A stretch of 38,262 bases of DNA from Fidelibacterota bacterium (GCA_046861395.1 JBHHUC010000016.1:1-38262), one strand, 5' to 3'. Counted from the stretch's first letter, positions 20,301 to 28,079 are shown. Numbers and translations are program-made. The notes: a model not told the origin generated them from the sequence alone.

Positions 20301-20560
20301 CCCATCTTGGTATCGGAACATCCACGATTCGTATTTTCACCTTATCCGGCGATCTGGTGACAAAGATCGAGCATGTGGTTGAAAGCGAGAATCAGGACAA
20401 CCGGGCGGCCTGGGATTTGCGGAATGGCAACGGTATTCCGGTGGCCAGTGGAATGTATATTGCTCACATTACGGTTGAAGATGTCGATGGTAAGAAGATC
20501 GGCGAACGAATATTGAAGCTGGCTGTTTTCCAACCCGAAGAACGGCTTGACCTGTTTTAA
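17339..20560 (+). CDS. Large secreted protein with a variant T9SS-type C-terminal sorting domain
   Basis: AAGGAG SD then MRAKYLFTLAVLIGTLAF signal. FN3-like block (FEGYNVYQ...N..EYYFSITSY). C-terminus INVWPNPY...IRIFTLSGDLV...WDLRN.NG.PVASGMYI..I...K.AVF. Confidence 0.82.
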   Translation: MRAKYLFTLAVLIGTLAFPKEPVNRDSDKLSEGRLKTMFPASGIPEHVIWDGNNISTVHGNHGNFSDYDVTGNSGTEWPKGSNKTVIFQGGIWLVSGKTRLAGTTEWVEELRSAAAEYTSEFVPGSYDGVTDEGHVYQIHRAEIDAFLENDYATFSSMSAMLPQTVIEGADVYTELVEKSFPTDDFANWPVAAGAPWVDVDGDGVYNIENGDYPDILGDMFHWYVMNDGDAGQHTPLWSTAPMNVEVQTSLFGFNQAGPLGDIAFVRWVIINKGADDMDSVYVSIWHDDDLGSANDDLVGCDTLLSVGYTYNDRDGDVTYGVEAPCAASDFFQGPLVDSPGDTAQIMTWSVDNGYYLRTVPGKKRLGLTSFVPYINGDPNLLDPNTAEEAYRYMNGRIGTSGDPFIDPITGLESVFVYPGDPVAGTGWNDDHEPDDRRYLMTSGPFYLGSGDTIEVVGSIIVAAGSNWAKSITKMKYFDNFAQGAFDALFDVCSPPAPQVEVAQLDEKVVFSFENDFQRVEDYACTGYRFEGYNVYQGESPTGPWQRIATYDKVNGIKLILDLTLDDATGELLEVPSQFGTDSGIPHYIEITEDKINGTHLINNREYYFSITSYAYDGAAAQRVIESPIQVIRVVPGVPGVGSDLASLHADILSVEHSNGTAAALVEPIVIDPYQLNNLDYTVSVETVGDTASKWVLSVGGTSVLEGMDFPATEDYFAAMKAANGGVDFPGLYVTNTITDGFILTFRGGTWEIPGVDTSWVTEDPYDSTEIVFQGVDGTWAGFLDGLHASFPQIPGPDGLATLSNLQNDLEIRFTETGSAASWFSAGVLQGAISADTLWVPFELWDTENDMRINVALYQVAPPTKPASSIVLVDSVNGSYQFSTNIQVIPVYTPYDGNLIDFANDASATGWTLKFDRGATLFEYGNVLHVKFANPLIAGTDTYTFNASGLTDAADAKSQLDEINVWPNPYFGQNPEETTPNNRLVYFTHLGIGTSTIRIFTLSGDLVTKIEHVVESENQDNRAAWDLRNGNGIPVASGMYIAHITVEDVDGKKIGERILKLAVFQPEERLDLF

Positions 20561-20577
20561 TCCGAGGAGAATGAAAC

Positions 20578-21678
20578 ATGATGAAATTACATAAAACACG
20601 CATTATTACTTTCAGTTTACTGCTGGCATTCTCGATCGGTCTGGTGTATGGCGGCAGTAAAGCCCGGCGGGGAACGGCCGGCGCCCAGGAATTATTAATT
20701 CCATCCGGTGCCCGCGGGACCGCACTGGCCGGTGCTTATGTATCCGGAATTTCCGGCATTGAGGCTATCGACTGGAATCCGGCCGGCTTAGGCGCCATCA
20801 GCGGCAACGGCGAAGCGGCCCTATCCCGCAACCAGTGGATTGGAGATTTGACCATTAATCACGGAGCCGTTGGTGTTAAGGTGGGTAAAAGTGTATACAG
20901 CCTGACCCTGCGATCCATTGATTTTGGCGATATTCCCATTACCACGCCTGATTTGACCGATGGTACTGGAGAAAACTATTCACCGTCCTACTTCACCTTG
21001 GCGACGAACTTCGCCCGCAAGATGACGGACCGGATATATTTCGGTGTCGGTGTCAAGCTGGTAAATGAGTCCATCATGAACGTCCGGGCCACGGGCCTGG
21101 CGCTGGATGCCGGGGTTCAATACCGGGCCACCGAAAATGGCTTTTCACTCGGCGCCTCCATCCGAAACCTGGGTATGAATATGTTGTTCAACGGTCCCGA
21201 TCTGGAGGAATTCCACCAACCAGACGGTACCCAGCCGGGTACGCCCAATGAACCGCGCCGGATTGTGGTTCAATCATTTGAATTACCCACCACCTTCGAA
21301 CTGGGAGCCGCTTATGGGCCGGTGGTCTTGGGTCCGCTGCATGGTACCGTAGCCGCCTCATTTCTGAATAATAATTTCTCATTCGATGAATATCGTTTCG
21401 GTGCTGAACTCAATTTCATGAACATGGTCTACTTCCGCGGTGGTGCGGCCATTGGCTTTGACCCCGAACCATACGGTCCCGACGGTATCGAAGGCACCAC
21501 CGATGATGATGACAGTTCCTATGATTACCAGACGGAAGAATTTATCTGGGGTCCCTCATTCGGAATTGGTCTGGACATGAGCCAGATCATAGGGTCGGGA
21601 ATAGTTGTTGATTATTCCTATCGAACGGCGGCATATTTCAGTGGTGTAAACTGGATTTCAGTAAAAATCTTATTCTAA
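20578..21678 (+). CDS. PorV/PorQ family outer-membrane beta-barrel (FadL-like)
   Basis: Signal peptide; GTAGAQELLIP.GARG.ALAGA...AI.WNPAGL; DFGDIP.TT; FG.GVKL.NE.I; DAGVQY; ASIRNLG; C-terminal Phe. Confidence 0.87.
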   Translation: MMKLHKTRIITFSLLLAFSIGLVYGGSKARRGTAGAQELLIPSGARGTALAGAYVSGISGIEAIDWNPAGLGAISGNGEAALSRNQWIGDLTINHGAVGVKVGKSVYSLTLRSIDFGDIPITTPDLTDGTGENYSPSYFTLATNFARKMTDRIYFGVGVKLVNESIMNVRATGLALDAGVQYRATENGFSLGASIRNLGMNMLFNGPDLEEFHQPDGTQPGTPNEPRRIVVQSFELPTTFELGAAYGPVVLGPLHGTVAASFLNNNFSFDEYRFGAELNFMNMVYFRGGAAIGFDPEPYGPDGIEGTTDDDDSSYDYQTEEFIWGPSFGIGLDMSQIIGSGIVVDYSYRTAAYFSGVNWISVKILF

Positions 21679-21757
21679 TAACAAAACTGATTGACGATAA
21701 GGATACGACATAATCGTATCGTCTTTCTTGCAAGAAAGTGGAAATAAAGGAGAAAAC

Positions 21758-24088
21758 ATGAGCAAAAAAATGCTAACAGTTATAGGTATCGTGCTCACAT
21801 TGTCATGGTCCTTGTTTGCGGCCGGCGGAACCGCCACCGTAGATAAGATCAACAGCCATGTAGCGCGTGCCCATGCTGATCAAGTCCTTACGGGCGATTC
21901 TGATGCTCTGGTAAGTGGCCAACGCACGGTTCTGCGTCCGGCACGGACGTATAATCGTGATACTGCCGATACGCTGAACTATGGTTTGGATTGGGGCGGC
22001 CAGTTTATCATGAGTCCTGGAGACGCCATGATGACAGTCTTCCAGATGCCGGCTGACGGTTATCTTAAGGGTGTCAACGTTCCCGTGTATGAATGGGGAA
22101 CCGGCGATCAGCAGTTAACCATTTCACTGCACGAACTGTCCTATCCGGTCGGAGCTGACGGCGCAACTGAATATCCTTCAGATGTGGTGGATAGCGATGG
22201 TTGGATTGGTGGATATGATATGGATGCATCCACAGGATACGTTTCCATATCCGGAACGACCTACACACCCGGCGGAACCTCAAGTATTTGCACCGACGGT
22301 GCCAATGCTGTAGCGGATAATGCCCGCGATCCGTTAGGTGATGTAGATGGTTTTGGCCCGGCTGGCATTCCCACCAAGGGACTGTTATGGCCCGATGGCT
22401 TTACCGCTGCAACCCTGGACCCCACCACCGCCACGGATATTGCCAATGGCGGCGGTGACAACTGGGTCGCCACAGCCGACTTTGGTTCCGAACCGTTTGT
22501 AACAGCCGGAACCCTTGTAGGTATTTTGGTACAATCCACAGGTGCCGGTGGTGGTGGCGATGAAGCAACCGGTTTTGAATATGCGGCCGGTGATGGCTTT
22601 GTCGATCCCTGGGCCAGTCTCAAATTCTATGCCGGTTGTGGTGGTACGTCAGGTAACGGTGGTTGGCACATCCGTCACTGGGTGTTCAATTACAACCTGG
22701 CCGTTCTGCTGACCGGTGACCGTCCTCCGCAGATTCTGGACTTCACCTATCTGTACACAACTGTTGAAACCACGGATCGTACCGTCAATGCCACAATCGT
22801 TGATGATAATCCTTCCGGTGGTAATGCTGGTGTGGCTTCCGCTGTGTTGAAATATTCAACCGACGGTGGCGCAACCTATACCGACGTGGCAATGACCGAC
22901 AATGGTGATGATACTTACACCGGTCTCATTCCTGGTCAGAGCGCCGGCACGGAAGTGGATTACTACATTGTAGCCACAGACGTTGAAGGTAATGTCACGG
23001 AAACCAGTCCGTTCTTCTATACCATTTTCCAGGCTGTAGAAAATCGTTTGTTCTTCTACAATGCCAGTGACTATGGTTCCTTCATCTCCGGGTATTATCT
23101 TGGTGGTGTGGATATGGCCCTGGATTTCTGGGATGGTCATAACTACGGACCGGGATCCGACCTGCTTTACAGCAACTACTACGGTGTTGCCGAAATTACC
23201 GGTTCCGGACCGTCCGTTATCAACAATGATGCTGTTCGCACTTTTGTTGAAGGCGGTGGACATTATGTTCTGACGGGTGATGAATGGTTAGGCGCACAGA
23301 CCGGTTGGACAAATACTGACTATGTCGCTGGTGATTTCCATTATGACATTCTTGGTGTTGATGCTGACTATAACGACATCAACTACGCCGCTTCCGGCGA
23401 TCAGGGCGGAATCAGTCGTCTGATGCCCGTAGCCGGGGATGCCATCAGTGGTGCTCTCTACGACTTCCTGGGAGACTCCCTGGACTTCAACTATGATCCG
23501 AATTATGAATTGGGCTTCAGCAACTGGCTGGACGGTGTGGATGCCGTGGCCGGTGTCAATGTGGCCTATACCGGTTATGATCTGACGTTGGATTCGACGG
23601 GTGCCCCGCTTGGAACTACCGAGTACAATACCGGTCTCTATCACACCCATTCCAGCGGTGCCAATGTGGTCTTTCTGGCCTTCGATCCGCTGGCAACCAA
23701 CACATCTCCCTCCTACTACTGGATCGGTTTCACGGACTTGAGTCCGCTGGCCGCTTCCCTGGAATGGGCGATGGCGTTAGGTGTTGATGATCCCAATACT
23801 CAGCTGCCGTCGGAATTTGTCCTTCAGGGCAACTATCCGAATCCTTTCAACCCCAGCACCAATATTGCGTTCACGATGAATGCGCGCAATAATGTAAACG
23901 TTACCGTTTACTCCCTGTTGGGTGAAAAAGTTGCAACCATTCATAATGGAATTATGAATGCAGGCAGCCACGAAGTAACTTGGAATGGTCTGGACAACCA
24001 GGGCAATTCCGTTGCTTCCGGTATGTACATCTATCAGATTGCCGTTGGTAATGATACCTATTCCGGCAAAATGATGCTGTTGAAATAA
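21758..24088 (+). CDS. Secreted acidic protein with T9SS type-A/FlgD-Ig C-terminal sorting domain
   Basis: AAGGAG SD and signal MSKKMLTVIGIVLTLSWSLFA; Ig-like central domain. C-terminus L.GNYPNPFNPST.I.F...VYSLLGEKVAT...W.G.D..G..VASGMY.Y...KMMLLK. Confidence 0.88.
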   Translation: MSKKMLTVIGIVLTLSWSLFAAGGTATVDKINSHVARAHADQVLTGDSDALVSGQRTVLRPARTYNRDTADTLNYGLDWGGQFIMSPGDAMMTVFQMPADGYLKGVNVPVYEWGTGDQQLTISLHELSYPVGADGATEYPSDVVDSDGWIGGYDMDASTGYVSISGTTYTPGGTSSICTDGANAVADNARDPLGDVDGFGPAGIPTKGLLWPDGFTAATLDPTTATDIANGGGDNWVATADFGSEPFVTAGTLVGILVQSTGAGGGGDEATGFEYAAGDGFVDPWASLKFYAGCGGTSGNGGWHIRHWVFNYNLAVLLTGDRPPQILDFTYLYTTVETTDRTVNATIVDDNPSGGNAGVASAVLKYSTDGGATYTDVAMTDNGDDTYTGLIPGQSAGTEVDYYIVATDVEGNVTETSPFFYTIFQAVENRLFFYNASDYGSFISGYYLGGVDMALDFWDGHNYGPGSDLLYSNYYGVAEITGSGPSVINNDAVRTFVEGGGHYVLTGDEWLGAQTGWTNTDYVAGDFHYDILGVDADYNDINYAASGDQGGISRLMPVAGDAISGALYDFLGDSLDFNYDPNYELGFSNWLDGVDAVAGVNVAYTGYDLTLDSTGAPLGTTEYNTGLYHTHSSGANVVFLAFDPLATNTSPSYYWIGFTDLSPLAASLEWAMALGVDDPNTQLPSEFVLQGNYPNPFNPSTNIAFTMNARNNVNVTVYSLLGEKVATIHNGIMNAGSHEVTWNGLDNQGNSVASGMYIYQIAVGNDTYSGKMMLLK

Positions 24089-24106
24089 GACAAAGTCTTA
24101 AACATG

Positions 24107-24138
24107 AAAAAGGGGTCTGGTTTCAGACCCCTTTTTTT
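24107..24138 (+). terminator. Rho-independent terminator closing the TonB/T9SS operon
   Basis: AAAAAGGGGTCTG-GTTT-CAGACCCCTTTTT, a 13-bp perfect stem with a T7 tail, 18 nt after the stop. Confidence 0.9.
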
Positions 24139-24247
24139 ATACCGCGAACGATCTGTCCCACAATAAAACTTGAACCGACACCGGAACAATTTTCCCTGTA
24201 ATAAGAACGGGAGTTAATCCATCTGCCGGTTAAATTTCATACCCGTT

Positions 24248-25549
24248 ATGCGTAGAATATTCTTACTATTTCTCCTGGTTTTGGCCGGATGTGGTCACCG
24301 GGAAATGCCCCAGGCCGACAGTGAACTGGGTTCAATCTATCCGAATGATATTTTGCCCTACATTTCATCGGGCATCAAATCATACCCGGAATTTGAAAAG
24401 CAGGTTTTCCGGGAAATCCACAATGCGATCCTTATTCAGTCTGAAGCGACGATCACAGCGGAGCATCCGTCAGTATCCGTCCCGTTGGAAGCCTGGGAGA
24501 ACAGCCAATATGTGGATGCTTATCTGACAACCCATGTCCTCGATTCTCTCATGCAGGACAGTATCCTATATGCCATCTATAACAAGCTGGGTAAACAGGT
24601 GGGAATGGATCATATCCTGATTACCTTCAAGGGAGCTCAGTCCTCCCGGTCCGAACGGCCGAAAGCGGCGGCAAAGGCCCTGGCAGACTCCTTGTATGAA
24701 TTGATTACACAGCATAAACTGGATTTTAAAACAGCAGTCCGGCGTTACTCGGAAGAACCGATTATCCGTTCCCGTAAGGGTGATATGGGCTATCTGGATT
24801 ATGGTATCATGGATCCGAAAGTAACGGAGGTAGCCTGGGCGCCTCGCTGTCCCCGCTACCCGCCACCCATTGAGTCGTCCTTCGGATATCATCTGGTCAG
24901 GGTCAAAGGCAGCCGTATCATTCCCCTGCCCTCTTTTACGGCCATGAAGCCGAAAATAAGAGGAATGATAAAGTCTGGTAATCTGCCGGAGACAAAACGA
25001 GCCTACGAAGCCCTGGAACGGCGGCTGCGGCGGCGCTATCAGCTGATCTTCAACGATATGGTTATTGATTCACTCTTTGACCTTTTACGGGAGAGACATC
25101 TCAAGGCGGAGACTTTCCGCTTTCGGTTCATGGATGAAGATTTATTTTCCTTACCGGTATTCACCTTGGAAGGCGAAACATATACGTTGGGTCAATTTAT
25201 TTCCCTGTCCCAAGCTATCGATGAACGGATTCTGGATGCCAATCTGACCTTCCGCTATTCACTGCACCGCACGCTGGAAGAGGCAGTGTACCGTTACTTG
25301 GCGGCACGGTCCGCCCGGGAGGAAAAGTTGCTGGATACGGAACATTTCAGGCAAGAGAAAGGGAAAAAGGAGAGGGAATTTCTGGTTCAGGCTATATTAC
25401 GGGATCGCATTCACAAAGAAGAAGGATCAACGCGAAATGTCTTGATCAACCGACTGGCGTTAAAATATAAATTGAATATTCATGAAGAAAATATCCGGAG
25501 TTTATTCGCCCAGCTTCAACGAAAAGACCCGATCCAAAAGGGGTTTTAA
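24248..25549 (+). CDS. Parvulin/PpiC-type peptidyl-prolyl isomerase lipoprotein (PrsA/SurA-like foldase)
   Basis: Lipobox LAGC; HILI, F...V.RYSE, KGDMGY and PIES.FGYHLV rotamase motifs. Confidence 0.82.
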   Translation: MRRIFLLFLLVLAGCGHREMPQADSELGSIYPNDILPYISSGIKSYPEFEKQVFREIHNAILIQSEATITAEHPSVSVPLEAWENSQYVDAYLTTHVLDSLMQDSILYAIYNKLGKQVGMDHILITFKGAQSSRSERPKAAAKALADSLYELITQHKLDFKTAVRRYSEEPIIRSRKGDMGYLDYGIMDPKVTEVAWAPRCPRYPPPIESSFGYHLVRVKGSRIIPLPSFTAMKPKIRGMIKSGNLPETKRAYEALERRLRRRYQLIFNDMVIDSLFDLLRERHLKAETFRFRFMDEDLFSLPVFTLEGETYTLGQFISLSQAIDERILDANLTFRYSLHRTLEEAVYRYLAARSAREEKLLDTEHFRQEKGKKEREFLVQAILRDRIHKEEGSTRNVLINRLALKYKLNIHEENIRSLFAQLQRKDPIQKGF

Positions 25550-26542
25550 TTCTTTTCGGTCGATTCCCTGTCCCAAATAATATTCACCTTCTTTATCCTG
25601 TAAAATAAGCTCCCAGTGTAGGTGTGACCCTTCCCGGGTTCCCAGCGTGCTGGGACGTGTTCCCGTATTTCCCGACCGGCCGATCTCCTGTCCCCGTTTC
25701 ACCTGAGCACCGGGGATAATATCATCGTCAATGCTGGATAAGTGAGCATAAATCGAAATACAGCGATAGCCGGGAATCAACGAAAAACCATGATCGATAT
25801 AAACAGCCTGTCCCACGAGAATGTGTTCGAAAATGTCGGATGGTGTCCGGCCCAGTTCCTTGGTCGAATTCAAAACAGCCACACGGAAGTCGGGATCCGC
25901 TTCCCGGTACCAGTGTTCAGCCCTGATCACAACACCGTCCGCCACGGATATTACCGGTGTTCCCCAGTTGGCATAAAAATCAATTCCCCGGTGAATCCCA
26001 TGCCGATATTTCCGCGGAGCATTTGGGATCAGGATGAGATTGTCCGGCACCGGGACATTGTCACAAGGCAAAGGTAATCGTAAGGCTGAGAAAACGGATG
26101 TATCCGGCAGGTTTTTTCCGCTGGAAAATAAGGGATAAACCAGTTCGGCGGCGCGATAGACGGACGGAGTTGTCAGTAAGGTGAGAATGCGTTGTACCGA
26201 TTCATACGGCAGCGAAAAATGATATTCCGTTTCATTGTTGCGACGGGTGGTATATACCAGCTCATAGCGAAATAGAGCGACCGGTAAACGGTCCAGGAGA
26301 CTGTCAGGCAGGTCCACGAATTGCCGCGACAGTATGGCCCGACCATCACGTTGCCGAATGGAATTGAGGACAGTTGCAACCTGTGATGCACCATCGGGAA
26401 CCGTGACAATCACGGACAACGAATCGCGGCTGAAAGATGTGGAGGGGAGCGGCGGTGGGGCGGGAACGGGTACCGGCGGAGGGGCGGCACAGCTGAAAAG
26501 GACAAGGGTGGCCAGGCCGGCAAAGACGATTTGAGTTCGCAT
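25502..26542 (-). CDS. M23 family metallopeptidase lipoprotein
   Basis: Lipobox LFSC followed by a Pro-rich linker; HRGID (HxxxD), YAHLS, G.SGNTG and HLH zinc motifs. Confidence 0.9.
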   Translation of the reverse strand: MRTQIVFAGLATLVLFSCAAPPPVPVPAPPPLPSTSFSRDSLSVIVTVPDGASQVATVLNSIRQRDGRAILSRQFVDLPDSLLDRLPVALFRYELVYTTRRNNETEYHFSLPYESVQRILTLLTTPSVYRAAELVYPLFSSGKNLPDTSVFSALRLPLPCDNVPVPDNLILIPNAPRKYRHGIHRGIDFYANWGTPVISVADGVVIRAEHWYREADPDFRVAVLNSTKELGRTPSDIFEHILVGQAVYIDHGFSLIPGYRCISIYAHLSSIDDDIIPGAQVKRGQEIGRSGNTGTRPSTLGTREGSHLHWELILQDKEGEYYLGQGIDRKELKPLLDRVFSLKLGE

Positions 26543-26977
26543 TCAGGAAGATTCCGTTAAATATTTTTCCATGGCATCCACTGCTTCACAAAAGGCTGTC
26601 ATGGGGTCAGACGCTATAGTTGTGACGGCTATTTCATTGAATAATGTACCGTTTCCAACCGTCAGGAATTCGGGGGACAGAAAAACCTGTACCAATGGAA
26701 TTTTCAGAATCAGGAATGTTTCTTTCAGAGACCAGTCATAATGCGACCAAGCCATGGGTGCCATGACAATGCCGTCAGCCCAAGTTCGCTGGCGATGAAG
26801 AAAGGTGATGGCCTTGGCATTTACATGGGTTTGGAATATTTTCAGAGCAATATCGCGATTACGGACATGACGCCGCAGGGCCGTGTTGATTTTATCCAGC
26901 GTGACCCGCCGTCCGACATACGCCGATTTTTTCCCAATGAGATTAAGATTCGGTCCCTGAAGCACAAGAATGTTCAT
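26543..26977 (-). CDS. Type II 3-dehydroquinate dehydratase-like protein, catalytic residues degenerate
   Basis: MNILVLQGPNLNLIG...TL..I, DGIV..P...H and P.V.V.LS follow the AroQ fold, but EVH has become QVF, NP has become AP, and the REP..YG and RE.FR motifs are lost. Confidence 0.75.
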   Translation of the reverse strand: MNILVLQGPNLNLIGKKSAYVGRRVTLDKINTALRRHVRNRDIALKIFQTHVNAKAITFLHRQRTWADGIVMAPMAWSHYDWSLKETFLILKIPLVQVFLSPEFLTVGNGTLFNEIAVTTIASDPMTAFCEAVDAMEKYLTESS

Positions 26978-27015
26978 GGGTAAAATTACGGTGAAATCCG
27001 CCGGCTTCCGACCGG

Positions 27016-27393
27016 TTACCGCAAGGGAACCAGATGTCCCAGGATATACCCTATAACAATTCCTACCAACAATCCCAGCGTAACGATCCGCGATTGTGCC
27101 AGTTCCCGTGTATAACCCTTTTTTATGGCGACAGCGGATACCACATATCCGGTAGCATTTAAAAACCAGAAAATGGGAATGGCAAATATTTTTACAATCA
27201 GCGGACCGACGAATGGTACCAGGGCAATGATGCCAGCCAGCCCGGTGAAAGCCTGAGTGATAAAGCCGATAATGATGGTGGCGGTAACGACAACCGTCTG
27301 ATCGATTCCCAGTTTGAGAGCAACATAGACGCCGACTCCGATCAGGAACCAGATGAAAAAGTATTTACGGTACGTTTTCCAAAAATCATTCAT
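27016..27393 (-). CDS. Hypothetical membrane protein
   Basis: 125 aa with 3-4 hydrophobic segments; overlaps the upstream gene by 8 nt, consistent with an operon. Confidence 0.75.
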   Translation of the reverse strand: MNDFWKTYRKYFFIWFLIGVGVYVALKLGIDQTVVVTATIIIGFITQAFTGLAGIIALVPFVGPLIVKIFAIPIFWFLNATGYVVSAVAIKKGYTRELAQSRIVTLGLLVGIVIGYILGHLVPLR

Positions 27394-28072
27394 TTTGCAG
27401 TAATGCCTCCAATTTCAGGGGCCCGCGGGACACCAGGGCCTTAATGATGCGCCGGGGTTCCTCCCGTTCAACCCAAATTTGCCGAATGAGGTCTCGTTCG
27501 GAAATATACTTCATGAAATAATCCTGTTCCTCGGAAATTTTCCTCCCCCGCGGCAGGATTTCCAGATCCAGGCGATAATAATCACAGAGAATGGAATCGT
27601 TTCGGACAAAAACACGAACCGTATTCGCCCATAAGAACCGGGCCCGCACGCATTGTCCCTCATGATCCAGGATATACCAACGGGTGTCAATGTCCGAGGC
27701 ATTGACCTGTTGAATGCGAGCAAGCATTGAAAAAATATTTTCCATACCCTGAGGTCGCCGCAGTGTGTCACCTTTCGACCAGGTATATATTCCATTATCA
27801 TCCCAGGTGCAGGAAAGCGTGAAATCCTTTTCCTTCTGCCGGATCGTTTTCATGTATTCCCGCACCGTATAGGTGCCCGGATCGAACCGGGTTTTATAAT
27901 CATTCTGAAAAGGCCATATCATATTAAGTAATCCCTCGGAACGAGCAGAGAATCGTAGGGCGTCCGGTCCGCTGTCCATGATCACTTCACCGATTGCAAT
28001 TCCGTAAAAAGAAAGTGAATATACCTGTGCCGCCAACAACATGGGAAAAAGAAAAAGAAAGAGTCTCAGCAT
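27386..28072 (-). CDS. Secreted DUF3108-like beta-rich protein
   Basis: Signal MLRLFLFLFPMLLAA from ATG 28072; YSLSFYGIAIGEV...ARSEGLL..IWPF...Y.T...IWVE..EPRRIIKA...GPL...L resembles DUF3108. The longer ORF overlaps the upstream gene. Confidence 0.6.
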   Translation of the reverse strand: MLRLFLFLFPMLLAAQVYSLSFYGIAIGEVIMDSGPDALRFSARSEGLLNMIWPFQNDYKTRFDPGTYTVREYMKTIRQKEKDFTLSCTWDDNGIYTWSKGDTLRRPQGMENIFSMLARIQQVNASDIDTRWYILDHEGQCVRARFLWANTVRVFVRNDSILCDYYRLDLEILPRGRKISEEQDYFMKYISERDLIRQIWVEREEPRRIIKALVSRGPLKLEALLQNE

Positions 28073-28079
28073 GATATAA

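Noticed and set aside
17339..20560. SusD or PorU call for the gene after the TonB receptor
   Set aside because: No lipobox Cys or TPR-like helical pattern (not SusD), and no recognisable gingipain-like C25 His-Cys motif (not PorU).
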